A DNA stretch of 64,000 nucleotides from Clostridia bacterium. Lineage in GTDB: Bacteria; Bacillota; Clostridia; DUPQ01. The stretch is taken from contig JAFGQE010000003.1 of NCBI GenBank assembly GCA_016935835.1, forward strand, positions 5,063 to 69,062, written 5' to 3'. Positions 7,687 through 18,124 of this stretch are shown here, piece by piece. A model generated the notes under the pieces. That model did not search any database, had not been told where the DNA came from, and was given only the letters and a program-made list of their open reading frames with translations. The position numbers were made by a program, and so were the translations under genes. Numbering within the stretch: the first letter of the stretch is position 1; every line of letters starts with the position of its first letter.

Positions 7687-10026
7687 ATGAAGAATGAAAA
7701 CAGCAATACGAATATATACCCGATGATTCCGCTCAGGGGAATTACGGTATTCCCGCATATGACGATACATTTTGATGTCGGCAGGGGCAAGTCGGTTTCC
7801 GCCCTTGAAAAGGCGATGGCAGGGGATCAGTTGATTTTCCTTGTGACGCAAAAGGATGCGGTGGTCGAAGAGCCTGGGATGGATGACATATATAAAACGG
7901 GAACGCTCTCCAAGATCAAGCAGCTGCTCAGGCTCCCGGGAAAGACCGTCAGGGTTTTGGTAGAGGGCATCCAAAGGGGAGAAATAATTTCCTATGTTTC
8001 ATCCGAGCCGTATTTCGAGGTTGAGGCGTTGACTTTCGATAACAATGGCAGGATATCCGGAAAGAGGGAGGAGGCCCTGCGAAGGAAGGCCGTCGAGGCA
8101 TTTGAGTCATATGCGGCCCTGGCGGGAAGAATATCACCTGATACCGTTTTTGCGATCATTACTACCGAGGATACAGGTAAATTGTCAGATATGATAGCCG
8201 GAAGCATGACGCTGAAGACGGACCAAAGGCAGGAACTGCTTTCGGAAAAAGACAGCGTCAAACGAATAGCGAAGCTTCTCCCGATAATCCATAATGAAAT
8301 ACAGATACTGGAGCTTGAGCGGGACATATCGTCCAAGGTCAAGGGACAGATAGATGAAATGCAGAAACAGTATTATCTGAAGGAGCAGCTCAAGATAATC
8401 AGGGAGGAGCTTGGTGAGGATGAAGTTGATTCAGAGGATGAGATACAGGAGTATTACGACCAGCTTGACAAGCGTGATTATCCGGTTGAAGTAAAGGATA
8501 AGATCGAAAAGGAAATCGGCCGGCTGGTCAAGATGAGCCCGATCTCAGCGGAAGCGTCGGTTCTGAGGACATACATCGAGTGGCTGATTAATATGCCATG
8601 GGACAAGACAACGGAAGAAAAGCTGGAACCGGCGCAGGCCAGGGTTATACTTGAGAGGGACCATTACGGACTGGACAAAGTAAAGGAAAGAATAATAGAG
8701 TACATAGCGTCAAGGAAAATGGCCAAGGACTTCAACAGCCCGATATTATGTCTCGTTGGTCCTCCGGGAGTGGGAAAAACCTCGATAGTGAAGTCAATTG
8801 CCGAGGCGGTCAATAGGAAATATGTCAGGATGTCGCTCGGCGGAGTACGTGACGAGGCGGAAATCAGGGGCCACAGAAGGACATATGTGGGCTCGATGCC
8901 GGGAAGGATCGTCAAGGCCATAAGCCAGGCCGACAGCATGAATCCTCTTATATTGTTCGATGAAATTGATAAAATGAGCAGTGATTTCAGAGGAGATCCG
9001 GCATCCGCCATGCTCGAGGTGCTTGATTCGGAACAAAATTATTCATTCCGCGACCATTATCTGGAGGTTCCACTTGACCTTAGGCAGGTAATGTTCATCA
9101 CGACTGCCAACACGGCTGACACAATTCCGCAACCATTGCTCGACAGGATGGAAGTAATATACATATCGGGATACACCACCGAGGAGAAAGAGAACATAGC
9201 GAAGAAATTCCTGATTCCCAAACAGATGAAGAAGCACGGCCTTACAAACTCCCGGTTCGGGATATCCGACAGTGCGCTGAGCGGAATAATCAGCAACTAT
9301 ACCAGGGAGTCGGGAGTCAGGACGCTTGAGAGGGAAATAGCCTCCGCCTGCAGAAAAGCAGTGACAAGGCTTGTGGAAGACGGTGTTCCATCTGTAAAAA
9401 TAACGTCAAGGAACATCGAGGACTTTTTCGGCCCCAAAAAATTTGCATATGAAAAAGCCCTCGAAACCGATGAAATAGGAATTGCGCGAGGGCTTGCATG
9501 GACACCGGCGGGAGGCGACACCCTCTCGATAGAAGTCAACACAATGCCCGGAAGCGGAAAGCTTGAACTGACGGGCCGCCTGGGCGATGTAATGAAGGAG
9601 TCGGCGAAGGCCGCATACGGATATATCAGGTCAAGGACAGACAAACTTGGAATAGACGGGGATTTCTATAAATCCACGGATATACATGTCCATGTGCCCG
9701 AGGGAGCGGTTCCAAAGGACGGCCCGTCAGCGGGCATCACACTGGCAACCGCGATTATATCGGCCCTTACACAGATGCCGGTCAGCAAGGAAGTTGCCAT
9801 GACGGGTGAAATAACGCTAAGGGGACGGGTTCTTCCGATTGGCGGACTTAAGGAAAAGCTTACCGCGGCCAGGAGGGCCGGGATGAAAAAGGCAATAATT
9901 CCATATGCCAATAAAAGCGAGCTGGTGGAAATCAGTGAGGAAGTAAAGAATTCGCTGGAAATAATCCCCGTGAAATCAATGGACGAGGTTCTTGGCATAG
10001 CATTGAAGCAGCATAAAGATAAATAA
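7687..10026 (+). CDS. lon: ATP-dependent Lon protease (LonA)
   Basis: 779 aa. N-terminal LON domain, Walker A GPPGVGKTS, catalytic Ser motif PKDGPSAGIT and Lys in KEKL. Confidence 0.97.
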   Translation: MKNENSNTNIYPMIPLRGITVFPHMTIHFDVGRGKSVSALEKAMAGDQLIFLVTQKDAVVEEPGMDDIYKTGTLSKIKQLLRLPGKTVRVLVEGIQRGEIISYVSSEPYFEVEALTFDNNGRISGKREEALRRKAVEAFESYAALAGRISPDTVFAIITTEDTGKLSDMIAGSMTLKTDQRQELLSEKDSVKRIAKLLPIIHNEIQILELERDISSKVKGQIDEMQKQYYLKEQLKIIREELGEDEVDSEDEIQEYYDQLDKRDYPVEVKDKIEKEIGRLVKMSPISAEASVLRTYIEWLINMPWDKTTEEKLEPAQARVILERDHYGLDKVKERIIEYIASRKMAKDFNSPILCLVGPPGVGKTSIVKSIAEAVNRKYVRMSLGGVRDEAEIRGHRRTYVGSMPGRIVKAISQADSMNPLILFDEIDKMSSDFRGDPASAMLEVLDSEQNYSFRDHYLEVPLDLRQVMFITTANTADTIPQPLLDRMEVIYISGYTTEEKENIAKKFLIPKQMKKHGLTNSRFGISDSALSGIISNYTRESGVRTLEREIASACRKAVTRLVEDGVPSVKITSRNIEDFFGPKKFAYEKALETDEIGIARGLAWTPAGGDTLSIEVNTMPGSGKLELTGRLGDVMKESAKAAYGYIRSRTDKLGIDGDFYKSTDIHVHVPEGAVPKDGPSAGITLATAIISALTQMPVSKEVAMTGEITLRGRVLPIGGLKEKLTAARRAGMKKAIIPYANKSELVEISEEVKNSLEIIPVKSMDEVLGIALKQHKDK

Positions 10027-10066
10027 AAATACGGCGCCGGCGCAGGCGCTGTTTTGGGGAGCTCCA

Positions 10067-10795
10067 TTGGATTTTTTACTGGCGGCCGCGATACTTATAA
10101 TGTTCATGGCAGCGACGGTGCAGGGTGTTTCGGGATTCGGCAGGGCGCTGATAGCGGCGCCTCTTACAGCCTTGATATACCCTGCGGATGAAACGGTTGT
10201 AATAATGATTATAATAGGTTTCGTAGGCGGACTGGCAATGGTTGCCCAGACATTCAGGTATGCGCATGTAAAAAAGGTAATTCCGATGATATTGTTCGGC
10301 ATACCGGGGGTGATTGCCGGCATACAGGTGTTGTCCGTGCTGCCTGTCATGGAATTGAAAATAACCATGGGCATTTTTGTAATCATCAGTGCGGCAATTC
10401 TGGCAACGGGAGTTCGGGTGAAAATCAAAAACGGCATGCTGGCATATTCCATGGCGGGGTTCATAGGCGGATTCACCAACGGCGCATTGTCGTTCGGAGG
10501 TCCGCCGACAGTACTGTTCCTTCAGAACCAGAACGAAGAAAAGAATGCATTCAGGGCGAATCTTTCCATATTCTTTGTGATTATTGGATTGGTCGGAATG
10601 ATCAGCCTATTTACAAAGGGCATGGTTGGCAATGATCTGCTGTTCAAGTCGTCGGTGCTGGCCTTGCCGTGTATCCTCGGCACGATCTTCGGTAATTTCC
10701 TGTCGCACAAGCTTGATGAGGATGTGTTTAGAAAAATTGTCCTTGCCATACTCTTCGTATCGGGAGCAATGGCGGTGGTTCTTTCCCTGGCATGA
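10067..10795 (+). CDS. TauE/SafE (TSUP) family anion-exporter membrane protein
   Basis: 242 aa with about 8 predicted TM helices. Conserved N-terminal GVSGFG motif. TTG start shown as M in the ORF track. Confidence 0.75.
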   Translation: MDFLLAAAILIMFMAATVQGVSGFGRALIAAPLTALIYPADETVVIMIIIGFVGGLAMVAQTFRYAHVKKVIPMILFGIPGVIAGIQVLSVLPVMELKITMGIFVIISAAILATGVRVKIKNGMLAYSMAGFIGGFTNGALSFGGPPTVLFLQNQNEEKNAFRANLSIFFVIIGLVGMISLFTKGMVGNDLLFKSSVLALPCILGTIFGNFLSHKLDEDVFRKIVLAILFVSGAMAVVLSLA

Positions 10796-10939
10796 AAAAG
10801 CCTTGATACATATCAGTGAGGTTGATTGCCATTCATTCATACGAAAAAACATACATTAAAAAATAAAGTTTTACAAATGCGGATTAGTGTCTTATACTTT
10901 ACTAAATATATTTCAAAACTTCAAAAAAGGAGGATGCTG

Positions 10940-12088
10940 ATGAAAACTGTAGCAGAAATCAACGAAAGAATCAAAAATGGCAGGGCTGTAGTGGCTACCG
11001 CCGAAGAGATCATCGAAATCGCAGAAGAACAAGGTTATAGGAAAGCGGCCGAGATGGTGGATGTCGTAACAACGGGGACATTCGGGCCGATGTGCTCGTC
11101 GGGCGTGTTCATCAACTTCGGTCACTCCGATCCTCCTATCAAGATGCAGCGTGTCACCCTGAACGATGTGCCTGCCTATGCGGGACTTGCGGCTGTCGAC
11201 GCATATATAGGGGCAACCGAGCTATCCACAACAAGGGGCATGGAGTATGGCGGCGGCCATGTGATAGAGGAACTTGTGGCAGGCAGGGATGTGAGGCTTC
11301 ATGCGGAAGCCCATGGGACCGATTGTTATCCGCGCAAGGAAATCGATACGACGATCAATAAATACAATGTCAACCAAATATATATGTACAATCCAAGAAA
11401 TGCATATCAGAACTATCCAGCGGCGACCAACTCGACGAAAAGAACCATACATACATATATGGGAACCCTTTTGCCGGAATTCGGAAATATAACATATTCA
11501 ACGTCCGGGGAACTGAGTCCTCTTTTGAACGACCCCTATTACAGGACGATCGGACTGGGAACAAGCATATTCCTGGGAGGGGCAAGAGGATATGTGACCT
11601 GGCAGGGAACACAGCATAATCCGGGGCAGAAGAGAGCCGAAAACGGCGTGCCCGTAAGCCTGTCGGGAACTCTGGCCGTCAGCGGGGATCTCAGGGAAAT
11701 GTCGACTAGGTATATCAAGGCGGCCATATATGACAAATACGGCATAAGTCTTTTTGTCGGGATAGGGATACCGATACCGATAATCGATGAAGAAATGCTT
11801 GCATTCACGGCTGTAAGGAACAGCGGTATAATAACATCCATAGCCGATAAGAGCGGGAACGTCAGGCTTGATGAAACCTTCACATATGAACAGCTTCAAA
11901 GCGGAAGCGTAGAATTCAGGGGTAAAAAGGTAAAGACCGCCCCGTTGTCCAGCATCGGCAGGGCAAGGGAAATCGCCGGGGTTCTCAAGGAATGGATTGA
12001 AGGAGGAAGGTTCCTGCTCACCGAGGCAGTGGAGCCGCTTCCCATGGAAAATAAAATCAATAAACTGGAAATAAGGGGGATTGTCTGA
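10940..12088 (+). CDS. DUF39/COG1900 protein, homolog of L-aspartate-semialdehyde sulfurtransferase (MA1821-type homocysteine biosynthesis)
   Basis: True start MKTVAEINERIKNGRAVV, preceded by AAAAAAGGAGG RBS. The N-terminal region is typical of COG1900 proteins. Confidence 0.7.
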   Translation: MKTVAEINERIKNGRAVVATAEEIIEIAEEQGYRKAAEMVDVVTTGTFGPMCSSGVFINFGHSDPPIKMQRVTLNDVPAYAGLAAVDAYIGATELSTTRGMEYGGGHVIEELVAGRDVRLHAEAHGTDCYPRKEIDTTINKYNVNQIYMYNPRNAYQNYPAATNSTKRTIHTYMGTLLPEFGNITYSTSGELSPLLNDPYYRTIGLGTSIFLGGARGYVTWQGTQHNPGQKRAENGVPVSLSGTLAVSGDLREMSTRYIKAAIYDKYGISLFVGIGIPIPIIDEEMLAFTAVRNSGIITSIADKSGNVRLDETFTYEQLQSGSVEFRGKKVKTAPLSSIGRAREIAGVLKEWIEGGRFLLTEAVEPLPMENKINKLEIRGIV

Positions 12089-12089
12089 T

Positions 12090-12494
12090 ATGAAGAAAGT
12101 AAAAGTTAAACTGCATTTTCCAAGGAAATGGCTTGGCAGGCCCCTTATATCGGAACTGATAACAAAATACGGCATCGTATTCAACATACTTCACGCCGAT
12201 ATAAGCTATGACAGCGAGGGCACATTGATTGCTGAGATAAGCGGCGACGATGATTCGGTCAACAATGCGCTTGCATACATAGACTCGGTCGATGTGAAAT
12301 ACAAGCTGTATAACAAATCAATAATCATCAGGGAAGAGGAATGCATTGACTGCGGCGCCTGCACGGCCGTCTGTCCGTCGGAAGCCCTGACCATGGATTC
12401 CAACAATAAACTGAGATTCGACAAGGAAAAATGCCTGGTGTGCGAGCTGTGCATCAAGGCGTGCCCCCTGAAGATAATCAGTACTGAGTTTTAA
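12090..12494 (+). CDS. NIL-domain / 2x[4Fe-4S] ferredoxin protein (MA1822-type partner of the COG1900 enzyme)
   Basis: The N-terminal NIL-like domain is followed by CIDCGACTAVCP and CLVCELCIKACP ferredoxin motifs. Tightly coupled to the preceding gene. Confidence 0.7.
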   Translation: MKKVKVKLHFPRKWLGRPLISELITKYGIVFNILHADISYDSEGTLIAEISGDDDSVNNALAYIDSVDVKYKLYNKSIIIREEECIDCGACTAVCPSEALTMDSNNKLRFDKEKCLVCELCIKACPLKIISTEF

Positions 12495-12543
12495 CCTTCC
12501 AGGGCGGCGCCGGCAGGCGCCGACCCGGTTCAATGGGGTCTTT

Positions 12544-13275
12544 ATGTATCAGAAAAGAAACTACAGGAATCTTTTCGAAAATGAACTGGTTATGTTTGAT
12601 GTCTGCGTTGGGGAGACCGACCTGAGGCTGGGATGCGACAGGGACCTGACCGATGTTGCTCTAAGAAGCGTCAGAAAGGCAAGGGAGGCTATATCAACGC
12701 ACATCGAAAACCACCCTGTCTTTGGGACTTCTCTGATTCCTCTTGCGGCAGACCCGGCATATCACCCCATTGTCAACAAGATGATAGAGGCGGGAATCGC
12801 TGCCGGCACAGGCCCCATGGCTGCCGTTGCCGGAGCCATCGCCGAGTATACTGGCAAAGCGCTCCTTGAATACTCGGAACAGGTTTTCGTTGAAAACGGA
12901 GGTGATATCTTCTTTGCTTCGAACAAGGACAGGATTATAGGTATCTATGCCGGTAACTCCATGCTGACCGGAAGGCTGGCCATCAGGATTTCATCAGAAA
13001 GCTTTCCGCTCGGCATATGCACATCATCAGGCACCGTGGGCCACTCATTCAGCATGGGCAGGGCGGATGCCGTAACGGTGCTGTCCCGGGACACGGCGCT
13101 TGCGGATGCGGTGGCAACCGCGGCGGGCAATATGATCAGGAGTCCCGGCGACATAAACAAGGCATTGGACTTTGCAATTGGTATCAAGGGTATTACCGGA
13201 ATACTGGCCATAATCGGAGACAAACTGGGCGCCGTTGGAGAAATCGAACTTGCGGCTCCGGGCAATCGGGGATAA
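12544..13275 (+). CDS. UPF0280 / COG2122-type (ApbE-superfamily-like) protein often clustered with COG1900 homocysteine genes
   Basis: 243 aa, Gly/Ala-rich (AGIAAGTGPMAAVAGAIAEYTG). Family assignment is from memory of the UPF0280 signature, so confidence is moderate. Confidence 0.5.
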   Translation: MYQKRNYRNLFENELVMFDVCVGETDLRLGCDRDLTDVALRSVRKAREAISTHIENHPVFGTSLIPLAADPAYHPIVNKMIEAGIAAGTGPMAAVAGAIAEYTGKALLEYSEQVFVENGGDIFFASNKDRIIGIYAGNSMLTGRLAIRISSESFPLGICTSSGTVGHSFSMGRADAVTVLSRDTALADAVATAAGNMIRSPGDINKALDFAIGIKGITGILAIIGDKLGAVGEIELAAPGNRG

Positions 13276-13305
13276 AATATAAAAAAAGGAATTGACTGGA
13301 GACAT

Positions 13306-14118
13306 ATGAGAAGCAGAATAAAGACGTCCGGAAGAATTGTCATTAAAGTTGGAACATCCACGCTGACTTATCCCAATGGGAAGATAAATCTTTCCAATAT
13401 GGAGAGGCTGGTAAGGAAAATTGCAGACCTTTCCAATAATGGAAAGGAAATAATACTTGTTTCATCGGGGGCGGTAGGAATCGGCATGGGACGGCTCAAC
13501 ATGGACAAGAGGCCGGTGCTGACAACGGAGAAACAAGCCGTGGCGGCGGTCGGACAGTCGGAATTGATGCATCTCTATTCAAAGTTATTTTCCGAATATG
13601 GCATCATAGTCGGCCAAATACTTCTAACCCGGGACGTTTTTGCCAGGGGTGTTCCCAGGACAAATGCAAAGAATACATTTGAGAGCCTTGTTTCCAAGGG
13701 AATAATACCGATAGTCAATGAGAATGACTCGGTGTCTACGGAGGAACTGGAGTTCGACGAGCACAATTCATTCAGCGAGAATGATACCCTTGCCGCACTG
13801 GTGTCGGTCCTGACCGAATCGGACCTCCTGATAATACTTTCAGATATCGATGGATTTTATACCGGGGATCCAAGAAACGACAAATCCGCGAGGATTCTTG
13901 AAACCGTCACGGATATAAACGGCGAAATAGAACGGTTCGCCGGCGGAAACGGAAGCATAAGCGGAACCGGAGGCATGATAACAAAGCTCAATGCCGCAAA
14001 GCTTTGCATGGAGAACAGCATAAACATGGTAATCGCAAACGGCGACGACATGGACAACATAGACGGTATAATAAATGGAAGAAACATTGGAACACTGTTT
14101 GCGGGGAAACTGAAATGA
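13306..14118 (+). CDS. proB: Glutamate 5-kinase (short form without PUA domain)
   Basis: Amino-acid kinase fold motifs: RIVIKVGTSTLT, ILVSSGAVGIG. Confidence 0.9.
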   Translation: MRSRIKTSGRIVIKVGTSTLTYPNGKINLSNMERLVRKIADLSNNGKEIILVSSGAVGIGMGRLNMDKRPVLTTEKQAVAAVGQSELMHLYSKLFSEYGIIVGQILLTRDVFARGVPRTNAKNTFESLVSKGIIPIVNENDSVSTEELEFDEHNSFSENDTLAALVSVLTESDLLIILSDIDGFYTGDPRNDKSARILETVTDINGEIERFAGGNGSISGTGGMITKLNAAKLCMENSINMVIANGDDMDNIDGIINGRNIGTLFAGKLK

Positions 14119-15359
14119 CATATCTTGAACAATTGGGAAAGAACGCAAAGGCCGCAGGGCGTACCCTTGCCCTTGCAGGCACATCAGAAAAGAATGAAGC
14201 TCTTCGCAGGATGGCTAAGGCTCTCCTTGCCGCTTCGGATGAGATAATAGAGTTCAACAAGATTGACCTTTCAAATTCACGCAAGGCCAGGATGAGTTCC
14301 GCGTTTTTGGACAGGCTCTCCCTTGATGAGAAAAGAATACAGGATATGGCGAATGGGCTGATTGAAACCGCCGGACTTGATGATCCCGTCGGGGAAATCA
14401 TCGAGGTTATAAACAGGGACAACGGACTTGAAATCATAAAGACAAGGGTTCCTCTGGGAGTGGTTGGAATAATATACGAAGCACGTCCGAACGTTACTTC
14501 TGATGCGGCGGGACTTTGCCTGAAGACGGGAAATCCGGTGATTTTGAGGGGCGGAAGCAGCGCCCTTAATTCAAACAAAGCGATTGCAGCGGTTATGCGA
14601 AGGGCTCTTTCGGAGACTCCCATACATCAAGACAGCATACAGCTGGTTGAAAATACGGACAGGGAAACGGCACTTGGGCTTATGAGGCTGAATGAATACG
14701 TGAATGTTCTGATTCCTCGGGGAAGCGCCTCCCTTATAAATGAGGTCAAGAACAATGCCACTGTTCCGGTAATAGAAACAGGGGTCGGGATATGCCATGT
14801 GTATGTCGACGCAGGGTCCGACCAGAATATGGCCGTCTCCATAACAGTCAATGCCAAGACCTCGAAGCCAAGCGTTTGCAATGCCGCCGAGGTGCTGCTG
14901 GTACATGAGGACATATACAGGGAATTCCTGCCGAAGGTATATGAAGGCCTGAGAAAATTCAATGTTGAGATCAGGGGATGTGAAAAGACCTGCAGGGTGC
15001 TTGAAGCCGCCTTGCCGGCGGGTCCGGAGGATTTCGATACGGAATTTCTTGACTATATCATGGCTGTGAAAATCGTATCGGGTGTCGACGAAGCGATCTG
15101 CCATATCAATTTACACGGGACCAGGCATTCCGAGGCAATAGTTACGCAAAACCATGACAATGCCTTAAGATTCACCTCCGAGGTAGATGCCGCGGCGGTT
15201 TATGTAAACGCATCAACCAGGTTTACGGACGGGGGGGAATTCGGTATGGGGGCGGAGATAGGGATCAGCACCCAGATGTTGCATGCCAGGGGACCGATGG
15301 GTCTTCGGGAACTCACTTCATATAAATATATAATCAAGGGAAACGGGCAGGTTCGATGA
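14116..15359 (+). CDS. proA: Gamma-glutamyl phosphate reductase
   Basis: The ATG at 14116 overlaps the proB stop (ATGA). MTYLEQLGKNAKAAGRTL is a ProA N-terminus. Aldehyde dehydrogenase-family catalytic Cys in KPSVCNAAE. Confidence 0.92.
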
Positions 15360-15380
15360 ATGAATAAAGCCCGGTATATT

Positions 15381-15422
15381 AAAAAAAGCACTGCTTTTCT
15401 TAAGAAAGACAGTGCTTTTTTC
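15381..15422. terminator. Bidirectional intrinsic terminator between the convergent proA (+) and PBP (-) genes
   Basis: A-run, stem GCACTG...CAGTGC extended by TTTTC/GAAAG pairing, then a T-run. Read directly. Confidence 0.7.
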
Positions 15423-15444
15423 ATGGTCCTGATATGGAATTATT

Positions 15445-18072
15445 TCAAGGAATCAAAGGCGTCTCTGAAGGGGGCGGGGTTGGAACCAAAGGTTGCCCCG
15501 TTTCAGGGTCCAATTCCACAATAATGCTCGGGTCCCCATCAGGGGGCATTCCATGGACAGTGCAGTATTCGCCGACCTGAATATCCCAGGCCATGTCTTC
15601 CGTAATGATTGGATATAATCCAATTTCGTCTTCGTCAAGTTTCTCCTCCGGGTCAGGAATATATGGAACATACGGCTCAGGCCGAACGATGCCTACTATT
15701 GTCATTATGGTTTCCGGCGGACAGTCGTCCGTTGCCAATAAATAACGTCCGTATGGATCGGTGCTGCTTGTGCATACCGTGGCGGTCTGATGAACTTCGC
15801 ATGTATCGAAATAGCTGGGCTCGGTTCCCTCCAGGAAATACTCCACGATTGTGGCGTCGGTATTATTTGGATAGCGTGGATCCTGATAACATAAATCGGT
15901 GGGAACCTTTCCGGAATAAATGCATATCTCGCGTTCTACTATTCCTGTCGTCGGTTTTTCAAATTCAGCAGGCGCAAGGTCTTCGTGGACTTTGTCCATC
16001 ACTGCGTCCCATATTTTCAAGGCCTGGTTGTATTCGCCGTCCCAGATATAACTGCCGTCCACATTCCTGTAAACTCCCTTGGCGAGTTTTATCGGGGCTA
16101 TCCTGTTGTCATAGCCATACCATACCGCCCCGGTATAATATGGCGTGTAGCCGCAGAACCATTTGTCAAGATAGTCGCTTGTTGTTCCGGTCTTTCCCGC
16201 AACGGGAATCAGGCCATCCTGTATGCTTACTATCGGGAATGCCGTCCCGGTATGATGATAGTGCGGCGCCCATGTCTTGGTGACTTCCTGAAGAATGTCG
16301 GTCAATATGAATGCTGTCTGGCTGCGGTATACAGTGTCGTATTTGGGCTGAACCTTAAGAACTACTTCATCCCGGTGGTTCTTTACTTCGGTAAATGTGT
16401 ATGCCTTTATATAAACGCCCTTGTTAGCGAATGTGGCGAAGGCGTTTGCCATCAGATATGGGTTGACCCCCTTTTCCAGTCCCCCTGTTGCAGTGGAAAC
16501 GGTACTGTCATCATATATTACGTCACCCCTTTGTATTCCGACCCTGTCCAGGAAAGCGACGGAATTATCCCTTCCCAGCAATTCAGACCATACCCGTGCG
16601 GCTACGACATTTATCGAGGACTTTATGGCGTACCGTATCGAGACAAGGCCGACATAATCGCCGGAAATATAGTTGGTGGGGTATATTTCGTCGGGATTCT
16701 TGGGGTCGAGATAAACCGGAACGTCATCAAAGACAGTTGCCGCAGTGATAAGTTCAAGTTCCAGCGCAGGACCATAAATAGCTATTGGTTTTAAACTGGA
16801 ACCAGGTTGCCTGAAAGTCTGTGTGGCCCTGTTCAGTGTCTTGCTCCCTGTTTTTTCGCCGCCCCCGCCGTACATCGCCAGCAGCTTGCCCGTCGTCTGG
16901 TCAATTATCACCATGGCCGCCTGGGGAAGCTCGCCGTATTTTGCGGCTGTTTTATTCATAGTGTCGCCGACGGAATCCACAGTCGGGAAATAGGCCGGGT
17001 CATTGAAAACCTCGTCCATTTTAGCCTGTATTTTGGAATCCAGTGTTGTATATATATGATAACCGTTGTTATATACCCAAAGCTCGGCTATGCTCCTTGT
17101 TACATTTTTTTCCTGTACCAGCATATCTATGACATCGGATATGACCTGGTCAACGAAATATGTGGTTGTCGCAGTCGCCTGGATGGTGTCTTCCTTCGGT
17201 TTTATCACTACCCTGGTGCCCCTTACCTCGGAATGGGTTTCTTCGCTGATGTAACCAAGTTCAAGCATCTTGTCGAGTATGTTCTTCATCCTGGTTATTG
17301 TGTTTTCATAACCTTCTTCGGTATATGGATCGTATAATGTCGGAGCGTTTGGTATGCCTGCCAGGAATGCCGCCTCCGCCAGGGTTACCTCTGATAAATC
17401 CTTGCCAAAATATAGCTTTGAAGCAGACTGGAATCCGTAACAGCCGTTGCCCATGTTTACGATATTCGCATACGCTGTCAGGATTGTTTTCTTGTCCCAC
17501 CGCATTTCCATGATAATGGAATTGTACAATTCCTGGATTTTTCTTTCAAATGTCTGTTCAAATCTGTCGGTATAGTTCTTATAAACCTGCTGTGTAAGCG
17601 TGCTTCCCCCCTGATATATTTCACCTCTGTTTACTATCAGACTGTAGACCGAACCCGCTATTCTTATCAAGTCGAAGCCTTTGTGCTCGTAAAAACGCTC
17701 ATCCTCGATGGAGACTATGGCGTGTTCAAGCACCAGCGGAATCTTATCATAACCAATCTGCTCGCGGTTTATGTTGTCGCTGCCTGTTAGTTTAGCTATG
17801 ACATTCTCCTGATTGTCATAGATGAAAGTGGTAAGATTCGTGTTGATTTCAAGTTGTTCGGCGGTTATTTGCTCTGCGGTCTGTATCCATCCGACAACCA
17901 TTCCAAGACCCAGGCACCCGACAACGACGCCAACCAATAGAACCACAATTATCAGAGTTTTTAAAATGATTCCGAATGTATCTGTGAATATGCTCCAAAA
18001 TGAATATGTATATGGGGTCTGCTCCGTTTTGCGGGCTGACCTGACTTTGTCATTTGATTTTTTTTCCATCAA
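15445..18072 (-). CDS. Class A penicillin-binding protein (bifunctional glycosyltransferase GT51 / transpeptidase, PBP1A type)
   Basis: 875 aa. N-terminal TM helix, GT51 motifs (RFYEHKGFD), transpeptidase SxxK (GSSLKP), SxN and KTG(T) motifs, Pro-rich C-terminus. Confidence 0.9.
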   Translation of the reverse strand: MMEKKSNDKVRSARKTEQTPYTYSFWSIFTDTFGIILKTLIIVVLLVGVVVGCLGLGMVVGWIQTAEQITAEQLEINTNLTTFIYDNQENVIAKLTGSDNINREQIGYDKIPLVLEHAIVSIEDERFYEHKGFDLIRIAGSVYSLIVNRGEIYQGGSTLTQQVYKNYTDRFEQTFERKIQELYNSIIMEMRWDKKTILTAYANIVNMGNGCYGFQSASKLYFGKDLSEVTLAEAAFLAGIPNAPTLYDPYTEEGYENTITRMKNILDKMLELGYISEETHSEVRGTRVVIKPKEDTIQATATTTYFVDQVISDVIDMLVQEKNVTRSIAELWVYNNGYHIYTTLDSKIQAKMDEVFNDPAYFPTVDSVGDTMNKTAAKYGELPQAAMVIIDQTTGKLLAMYGGGGEKTGSKTLNRATQTFRQPGSSLKPIAIYGPALELELITAATVFDDVPVYLDPKNPDEIYPTNYISGDYVGLVSIRYAIKSSINVVAARVWSELLGRDNSVAFLDRVGIQRGDVIYDDSTVSTATGGLEKGVNPYLMANAFATFANKGVYIKAYTFTEVKNHRDEVVLKVQPKYDTVYRSQTAFILTDILQEVTKTWAPHYHHTGTAFPIVSIQDGLIPVAGKTGTTSDYLDKWFCGYTPYYTGAVWYGYDNRIAPIKLAKGVYRNVDGSYIWDGEYNQALKIWDAVMDKVHEDLAPAEFEKPTTGIVEREICIYSGKVPTDLCYQDPRYPNNTDATIVEYFLEGTEPSYFDTCEVHQTATVCTSSTDPYGRYLLATDDCPPETIMTIVGIVRPEPYVPYIPDPEEKLDEDEIGLYPIITEDMAWDIQVGEYCTVHGMPPDGDPSIIVELDPETGQPLVPTPPPSETPLIP

Positions 18073-18124
18073 AACCTCTTCATACCCGGCATGTCCTGTC
18101 CGGTTGCTGTGCCCAGGAAGGGAA

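Noticed and set aside
10796-10939. SAM (S-box) riboswitch upstream of the homocysteine-biosynthesis genes
   Set aside because: The leader between the TTTACA-17-TATACT promoter and the RBS is only ~40-50 nt, too short for an S-box, and no conserved S-box helices were seen.
12495-12543. GC-rich hairpin CGGCGCC-GGCA-GGCGCCG after the NIL-ferredoxin gene, as a possible terminator
   Set aside because: No U-run follows. It is more likely an intercistronic stem within a single transcript, so it is not called as a terminator.
13988-15104. Minus-strand ORFs (211 aa, 177 aa) overlapping proB/proA
   Set aside because: They are antisense to strongly supported proB/proA genes and have a low-complexity composition.
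15985-17337. Large plus-strand ORFs (269 aa, 176 aa etc.) inside the PBP gene region
   Set aside because: These are antisense shadow ORFs of an 875-aa gene with clear PBP motifs. They have no RBS and no recognisable domains.
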